From positions 1-64,000 of the forward strand of contig CAXHJY010001167.1 in assembly GCA_964016885.1 (NCBI GenBank): a stretch of DNA of 64,000 bases, read 5' to 3'. This DNA comes from Eledone cirrhosa. Lineage: Eukaryota. Shown in pieces: positions 54,148-64,000 of this stretch. Under the pieces are notes generated by a model. The model worked only from the letters and a program-made list of their open reading frames with translations, was not told the DNA's origin and ran no database searches. The translations under genes were made by a program, and so were the position numbers. Numbering within the stretch: position 1 is the stretch's first letter; each line of letters opens with the position of its first letter.

Positions 54148-57100
54148 ATGGCCAATATAAGAGTTGGATGTGTGAATTCACGCAGCCTGGGGATGTCCTG
54201 GAAACAGGGCAAACTCTTAAATGACCTCATGTCGCACAGAGTGGATGTAATGGTTATTTGCGAGTCCAAGATCAGCAGCGAGCGCCAACTGGCCCCCATC
54301 TTCGACGACTTTGAGATCTACGCATCTCTCTGTCAACCGAGGGGTGGGGTTGTCGTTCTGCTGCGAAAATACCTGGGTCTTGCTACACAGAAAGTACACC
54401 TGGACCCGAAGAATCGACTGGTAGATTTAGACGTCGGCAGTAGTGAAGGTGGCGCTTTCAGGCTGGTGGCAGCGTATGCCCCATCTGGGAGTCCGCGACC
54501 GGACTTCTTCCGACGCCTGGAGAATTTCCTGGGAACGTCTCGCTCCTTGCTTTTAGTGGGGGACTGGAATGGTATCCTGGATGCACGTTGGGACTATGTA
54601 GGGGCATGTCCCGATAAAGGGGGTTGTAACAGCCTCAAACGATTAATCGGCCGATTTGATCTGGCCGATAGATATCGACTAGATTTTCCGACTGTGCCAC
54701 TGTGGGCGTGGACTTATCGCACCGGATCATCTAGGTCGTACCTAGATAGGTTCCTAGTTAGAAATAAGGATTGGGACATATTAAGCTGTCCACGAATGTT
54801 CATGGTTGACTATTCGGATCACAAGTTGGTGACCGGAGTGGTCAACCTTGATAGAACTCATAGACAGAGACCCGGTTACTGGAAGCTAAACTTGTCTTTA
54901 CCGACAAACAAAGCTTACAGTAAGCGGATTAGCACACTAGTTAAGCAGCGGTTGACGGGGGCAATTGTCAACATCAGGTGGTGGGGCTCTCTCAAGAGAG
55001 GAATTAGAATAGAATCGATAGGTTTTAGTCAGGAATTAGTATCAGATAGGAATAGAACTGAAAGGGAATTAATAGATAGAGTAGAAGAGGCGATTAGGAG
55101 TGACAACGTGGCTGGCGTCAAAAATTGCTCTAGACCAGTTCTTTGATGCAAAGCACGAGGGCTGCGTTGTCAGGAGTAAAATACGTGCTCTGGATAACGA
55201 GGGAGCCAAAGCCGTTAGCTGGGCCCGAGTGACAGAGGCAAAAAGTGGAAACAAGTCTACGATTCGGTCTTTGAAGGACCAGGATTGATGCGTGATCCTT
55301 GAAACTGAGCGGATGAGCGCGGCCTTTCAACGGCGCTTTGCACGACTGTTCGGGAGGGGCGGCGGGCCGGGTGAGGCCATGGATTTCGGTCCATACTTCG
55401 ACGATCTGGTGCGACTCTCGGACGGGGAGGCGAAGTCCTGCGAGAGGCCGATTTCAGCCGCTGAAATAGGGGAAGCGCTGAGCCAATGCGGCAACCGCAA
55501 ATCTCCGGGTCTCGATGGTCTACCATACGAACTTTATGTAGCGATGCCGGGCTTGTTCTCCGGTCTCCTCGAGGCGGTCTACTGCAACTGGCAACAGAAC
55601 GGGAGAATTCCCAGTTCTGTGACCAAGGGCGTAGTCACGCTGGTGAGGAAGGACGAGAACAGGGGGGGGGGGGGCATAGATAACTTCAGGCCCATAACAC
55701 TGTTAAACACAGAGTTAAAGATTTTGGCCAAGGTGTTAGCGAAGAGGTTGGCGCTTGTCGTCGGGAACCTGGTGGGAGAAGCGCAGACATGCGCAATCCC
55801 GTACAGGTCCATACACGACAACCTCCACCTCATGCGATACATCGTAGAGAGGGTAGGGAACGAACTCGGCTTTGGTGGGTCCCTGATCAACTTGGATCAA
55901 TCTAAGGCGTTCGATAGAGTTGACCATCGGTACCTGGATGCGGTGCTCGCGGCGGCAGGCTTCGGACCCGTTTTCAGGGGCTGGATTGCTGCAATGCACA
56001 GAAGCAACACCTGCTCGAGGGTCAAGGTGAACGGCTACCTCTCGGAGCCGTTCCAAATCACGTGATCCATCCGACAGAGATGCCCTCTCTCCTCCCTCCT
56101 GTATGTGCTGGCTCTCGAGCCACTACTGCGGAAGCTGGAGCTGTTGCAGGGCATCCCCTTGGAACCGGGATTGCGGAAAGCGGTGTCGGCCTACGCCGAT
56201 GACGTGACAGTAATGGTGTCGTGCGCCTCGGAAATCGGGCAGATCGGCACCTTACTGGAGGAATATGAAAGGTTCACAGGAGCCAAGCCGAACCGGGACA
56301 AGTCCGTCGGTTTGCATCTCGGGACGTGGAGGTGCAAACCGCTGCCCTCCGACGGATGCTGGACGGAGGGACCGGTAAAGCTGCTCGGGTTCTGGTTCGG
56401 ACCGGGCCTCCAGGTGGAGAAAAACTGGGACGAGGTAACGGGCAAGGTGTTTGCACTTTCCCAGAAGTGGGCCGAGTGCAAACTATCCCTGAAAGGTCGA
56501 GCGGAGGTGGCGAACGCTTATATAGCGTCCGTCATTTACTACCGCTTGACCGTCGTGCCTTGCCCAGAGAAAACACTCGCCAAAATGGAGCGCGCGCTCT
56601 TCCGATTTCTTTGGAAGAAGCGGGCTCCTTTGGTGAGAAGATCCATCTGCTGTCAACACCCTTCGAACGGAGGGCTGGGGTTGCCGTGGCTGACGATGCG
56701 TAGACACGCATTAAGGCTACGGCACCTCCAGGTATTCCTTACCGGTCTGCCGGTGTGGACCCTGTTTGTGAGGCGAGCCTTTCCGAGACTCGTCTCACTC
56801 ACGGAGCTGCAATTCTGGGTCAAGCAAAGACCGAGAAAAGTGGGCGACTGGCACATTGAATGTGCCCAGGCGCTCACGGCCCTCTGGCAAGCGGATCCGG
56901 CAATCAGTGGAGACTCAACCTCAACATTCTATAGAGGGTTGGTGCGCAGTAAGTGCGACGACGCTCTCGGACAGGCTCTGGGCATGGAGGAAGATGAGCT
57001 GGCCAGTCTGTTCGGTAGGACGTTTGGCCCGGGACCGATGGACAACTTCCAAAAGTCCCTGACTTGGCAATGTTACCGAGGAGCTCTACCCGTTCGGGAC

Positions 57101-57565
57101 AAGCTCTACAGACACGGGCGCCCGGGTAGGGACCCCTCAAAGAAGATCTGTCCGAGATGCGTGCGTGACGAGGAAACCGTCGCACACGCATTCGTACACT
57201 GCCCGGGCGTTGCTGACCTGTGGGGCTATGTGGAACGACTACTGTGGTGGGTGGGACCAATCCGGTTGACCACCGAGAACATTGTCACGATCAAACCGCC
57301 TCCCCCTTTCAAAAACGAAGGAGAGGCGGTTTTCCTCTGTGTGATAGCTATGGCGAAAGAAGTTGTATGGTGGACAAGGTTGAAAGGGCTCATGTCAGAC
57401 ACCTTTCTCTCCGGCCAACAACTGGTCTTTTTTTTCAAGTACCACTTTAGAAGAAGGATCAGAATGGAGAGAGAGGTGCTCTACCCCAGCAAGTTTTATG
57501 AAAGGTGGGTGAAAGTAGCGAGAATGGCCCGAGTGAATGGGCCTTCTCTCTATATCAGCCTTTAG
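54148..57565 (+). pseudogene. Tx1-like ORF2: AP endonuclease + reverse transcriptase + C-terminal zinc finger
   Basis: APE motifs (N-S-R-S-L, E, YAP, GDWN, SYLD, SDH); RT motifs (KSPGLDG, NFRPITLLN, LDQSKAFDRVDH, YADD); CPRC..ETVAHAFVHC. Frameshift near 55120 and stops near 55286 and 56063. Confidence 0.95.
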
Positions 57566-57807
57566 GTGAGAGAGGAGAAGAATGAGAAGAGGAAGGAAGC
57601 ACCCGCTCTTTGTGCTCCTGAAGAGGAGGGTTGCACATTTTTCGGGGGTGTGTGCGACCCATGTCAACGCTCCTCCCTATTGAGGACATCGATTGTTAAA
57701 TTTAATTTGTTAAATGTTATTTTACACGTCTTTTTAAATGTATGTAAACTCCCCCCTTTGTATTTGTCCCAATCTTTGATGCCCTGGTGGCAAATTAATA
57801 GAAATTT

Positions 57808-58420
57808 ATATCAATAACCACCAAACTCTCCCCCTCTCTGTATCTACGACACGGAACTCGCTTCCAATACCCCTCTCTATATCAATAAATATCAATCTCT
57901 CCTCCGCTCTATATCTACCACACATCACTCTCTCTCTCATTCCTTCCCACTCTATCTATCACTAACAAACTCTCCCCTCTCTATATCTATCAATACCTAT
58001 CTCTATCAATCCTCTCCCTTGATTCATTACCACCAACATCTCACCCTCTCTAAATCAACCATACAATATACACTCCCCCTCTATATCAATTAACAACAAA
58101 CTCTCCACCTCTCTATATCTACTACACAGAACTCTCTTCCAATCCCCTTCTCTATATCAATTTACACCAAACTCGCCCTCTCTATATATCTACTAAAAGA
58201 TACTCTCTTCCATTCCCCTGTTTATACTAATTATCACCAAACTCTCTCCCTCTCTATATCTTCCACACGGAACTCTCTTCCAATACCTCTCTCTATATCA
58301 ATAAATATCAATCTCTCCCCCTCTCTATATATCCAATATACAATACATTCTCCCAACCTTCCTCTCTATGTCAATTACCCACAAGCTCCCCGCTCTCTAT
58401 ATCTATATATATCTCTCCCT
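57808..58420. repeat. Degenerate CT-rich minisatellite, right half
   Basis: Same unit as 51504-52109. Confidence 0.85.
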
Positions 58421-58549
58421 TCTGTCTCTACATAACATGTACATAGATTGTAGTGCATATACAAACAGATGTGTGTTTTGGTAGATTGGGGAAATAAGTA
58501 TAATTATTGTGGAGGGAGGGGGGTTGGCCCCCTACGGCCACCGCCCCTG

Positions 58550-58674
<125 letters not shown>

Positions 58675-58836
58675 CGTGCGCGTGTGCGTGTGAAAGTGCG
58701 TGGCTGAGTGGTGAGAGAATTGGATTCGCAATCGTGAGGTTGTGAGTTCGATTGCCAGACAGGGCGATGCGTTATGGAGTTGCGACCAATGGAAACATAG
58801 TTTTCTCGGTCCGATTTGACGAAAGTCGACCGACAG

Positions 58837-58889
<53 letters not shown>

Positions 58890-58892
<3 letters not shown>

Positions 58893-59645
58893 AATATAGA
58901 TTCAGCGAGAATCGCATTTCGGCGGGGAGAAGAGGCGAAACGAAACGCAAAAATCAGATATGATACTGGCAAGCGCTCGATAGTTATAAAACCAGAGCTT
59001 AACAATATGTTAAGAGGCCATACAAAACTGAAATAGTGGTCAAGAAAGCGTCAACCACCTAAGTAAGCCAAAAGGCAAATCAAGCAGGTCAAAACAAAAT
59101 AAAATAAATGATAAAGAAAACACAGACCCGGACCTGTTGGAATTGATGTTAAAATCCAAATGCAGGGTTTCTATGACACCTAAATGAAGATACTGTCTGC
59201 TAAAAATATAAGCTTTAGGTATAATGATCGAACAAGGAATATCACGTTATCAACAGGTATTTTGCTCCGTACCAAATTTGTGAGTGACACAGAGGCACGT
59301 AAAAGCACGTGTGGAATTCACAAGAGGAAAGAACCCCAGGTTTTGGCAAATGAATTCACTATGTGTATACCATGCAAAAAATTGCATAAATAGCACAAAT
59401 CGAATAAGCTCTCAACCAGGTGGATTTTAAAATAAACTTATACAATTAACCTGTCAATAAAAATTATTAACAAGTTAATTGAAGACACGGGAAATTAATG
59501 CAAATATAGATTCAGCGAGAATCGCATTTTGGCGGGTAGAAAAGGCGAAACGAAACGCAAAAGTCAGATATGATACTGGCAAGCGCTCGATAGTTAAAAA
59601 TACAGAGCTAAACAATATGTAAAGAGGCCATACAAAACAGAATAG
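58890..59645. repeat. ~150-bp direct repeat (58890-59038 / 59500-59646) with a diverged third copy at 60282-60400
   Basis: caaatatagattcagcgagaatcgcattt...ggcaagcgctcgata...agagct..caatatgt..gaggccatacaaaac. Confidence 0.9.
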
Positions 59646-60105
59646 TATTATTAATATAAAGCATTGTGAGATATGAAATATATGACTAATAAGTTTCAGA
59701 AAGCTGGTTCAAAGCGGTAGATATTAATAAAGGGAAAAGGATGACAGGTAAAATAAAACAAAGTAATAATTTTAACTAGTATATTTCAACATAACATTCC
59801 AGGTCTACAACCTCTTTTCAAATGTAAAAATGAAAACAATTCAAAACAAAATGGACGATCGCTTTCGTTTTTCCATATGAAATATTATTTTGAAATATAG
59901 TAGGTAAAAAGAAAAAAAGGCATTTCTTTTATTTTGTTTTATTTGTTATCCATTATATATTTCTACCACATTATATCGACTTCCAAAAATTTATTAATCA
60001 TTTATTACACACACTCACATACGCATATATATATATATTCTGAGTTTCAGAAGATCCTGTAAAAGGGCCGAAATATATGTTCTACAGATTTATATATATA
60101 TACTT

Positions 60106-60213
<108 letters not shown>

Positions 60214-60214
60214 C

Positions 60215-60275
<61 letters not shown>

Positions 60276-60496
60276 TAAATTAGCGAGAATCGTTTTCAGC
60301 TCAGGAATTAATGAAAATCAACGTCCGATATGCGTGGCAAGCGCTCGATGAATCATATGAATCAGAGCTACAACATACGTTAAGGGCCAAACACACTGTG
60401 ATGATGGTTAAACATATCATCCGCACAGCCAAAATCAAAACGACCAAGTAATTCGGGTCAAACAATAAAAATATATGTGTTGATACTTTCCCGTTG

Positions 60497-61820
<1,324 letters not shown>

Positions 61821-61822
<2 letters not shown>

Positions 61823-62430
61823 GGTGGCTGCCAACTCGTTTTCGAGTACGGCCACTACTTTATATCCATGTAGGAGAACCCCTACCGATGTGCTGAACGA
61901 GTGTGACTTTTTAGTCCAGCCAGCGACTTGAAAACTCTGGTACAAACACTACACTTGTGACAATTACTGACACATAGTGCTGGGCCCATGGTACCATGTG
62001 ACGACAAGTGCAGAGAGATCTCCAGATATAAAGCAATGCCTGTGCCGTGAAGCTTTTATAGTGAGCAAAGGCACTGCACAAAGCCAGTCCCACTCTCTTA
62101 ACCAAGATGATATTTACCAAAAAGAAGAACAAGTCAACATCATTGGATACCATCAGGGTTGCAGGTGTTATATCAGAGTTTTCCTTCTCCTAGAATTCTG
62201 CCTTGACAAAGGCTAAGGGGTCATCTCTCCCGGTGATTTTGGATGGCCATTGACTCTTAAGAGCTCCTTTGCCCTTTGACAGGTTTTGTTTTTAGTCCTG
62301 CAGGATGTCCAAAGTCACCCGCCTCACCAAGAAACCTTGGTGGGGTTGCCAGTTTAGTCGCCAACGACCCGACCATGGGACAGGTTGTACTGGGATACAT
62401 GTTACCAGTAGCACCAACTGGTGACCTGAC
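61821..62430 (-). mobile_element. Family A RTE-derived element, full length
   Basis: Near identical to 11137-11746; intact C2H2 remnant [23 protein letters not shown] at 61882-61953. Confidence 0.82.
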
Positions 62431-62442
62431 ATAATATACTCA

Positions 62443-62480
62443 CCTTTTGAAAAGCAGAAGAACTGCGAAACCGGTAAAGG
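62443..62480 (+). ncRNA. Minimal type I hammerhead ribozyme, U3-A8 variant
   Basis: CCTT-TTGAAAA-GCAG AAGAA CTGC-GAAA-CCGG-TA^-AAGG; palindromic ACCGGT stem III. Confidence 0.82.
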
Positions 62481-62628
62481 AACCAAATAAATATATATAT
62501 TTAAAAAAAAAATAAGACTTCAGTTGCATTTTCGATTTCATCCCTTTTTCTTTATACTTCCACTCGTGTAGGACACCTCGGTTATTTTTCATTTTGTAAA
62601 AAAAACCTCACTTTCTAATATATATATG

Positions 62629-62660
<32 letters not shown>

Positions 62661-62664
62661 CATG

Positions 62665-62732
<68 letters not shown>

Positions 62733-62750
62733 CATGTATATATATATATT

Positions 62751-62801
<51 letters not shown>

Positions 62802-62802
62802 G

Positions 62803-62860
<58 letters not shown>

Positions 62861-62869
62861 CATATATAT

Positions 62870-62932
<63 letters not shown>

Positions 62933-63023
62933 CATATATATATACATATATATATATATATACATATATATATACATATATACATATATATATACATATA
63001 TATATACATATATATATATATAC

Positions 63024-63054
<31 letters not shown>

Positions 63055-63083
63055 GATATACATATATATATATATATATATAC

Positions 63084-63168
<85 letters not shown>

Positions 63169-63169
63169 C

Positions 63170-63220
<51 letters not shown>

Positions 63221-63238
63221 AATATATATATATACATG

Positions 63239-63306
<68 letters not shown>

Positions 63307-63310
63307 CATG

Positions 63311-63342
<32 letters not shown>

Positions 63343-63490
63343 CATATATATATTAGAAAGTGAGGTTTTTTTTACAAAATGAAAAATAACCGAGGTGTCC
63401 TACACGAGTGGAAGTATAAAGAAAAAGGGATGAAATCGAAAATGCAACTGAAGTCTTATTTTTTTTAAAAATATATATATTTATTTGGTT

Positions 63491-63528
63491 CCTTTACCGG
63501 TTTCGCAGTTCTTCTGCTTTTCAAAAGG
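63491..63528 (-). ncRNA. Minimal type I hammerhead ribozyme, U3-A8 variant (mirror copy)
   Basis: Exact reverse complement of 62443-62480. Confidence 0.82.
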
Positions 63529-63582
63529 TGAGTTGAGATGGAGGGTCTGTGGTTTTTCTCACATCTGGTTGGTCTCTAAATG

Positions 63583-64000
<418 letters not shown>

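Larger units (their letters stand above)
52111..57807 (+). mobile_element. Near full-length Tx1/L1-clade LINE, disrupted
   Basis: 5'UTR, ORF1 with a CCHC knuckle, ORF2 with APE-RT-zinc finger, 3'UTR; inserted in a minisatellite. Confidence 0.95.
62438..63533. mobile_element. Tail-to-tail inverted pair of hammerhead-bearing pLTR-like elements around a (TA)n core
   Basis: 62438-62620 is the reverse complement of 63350-63533; the mirroring extends ~200 bp into the microsatellite on both sides. Confidence 0.8.

Noticed and set aside
58696-58770. tRNA gene-like sequence (also 40150-40220, 40800-40860)
   Set aside because: A/B boxes are present but there is no complete cloverleaf or acceptor stem; these are SINE heads.

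Overview
Eukaryotic (animal) genomic DNA, very AT- and microsatellite-rich. The SINE families and the (TA)n/(CATA)n load suggest a cephalopod, probably an octopus; this is inference. Nearly all supplied ORFs are microsatellite translations. Real content: (1) the last three exons of an LBP/BPI-family gene (+, 5988-7902); (2) one 165-bp exon of a probable alpha/beta-hydrolase-fold gene (+, 48608-48772); (3) a near full-length but disrupted Tx1/L1-clade LINE (52111-57807), an internally deleted relative, and fragments of R4/Dong-, CRE- and RTE-type LINEs; (4) many tRNA-derived SINEs, one with a 37-bp x ~23 internal minisatellite; (5) two sister families of bipartite RTE-derived non-autonomous elements whose terminal RNA structures show compensatory changes. 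The most striking signal is a set of short non-coding elements, unrelated in sequence, that sit in or beside (TA)n tracts. They carry minimal type-I hammerhead ribozymes with palindromic stem III, several of the U3-A8 core variant, and repeatedly occur as inverted duplications. This resembles non-autonomous Penelope-like pLTR or retrozyme-like elements targeting microsatellites. All calls were made by eye without database searches.
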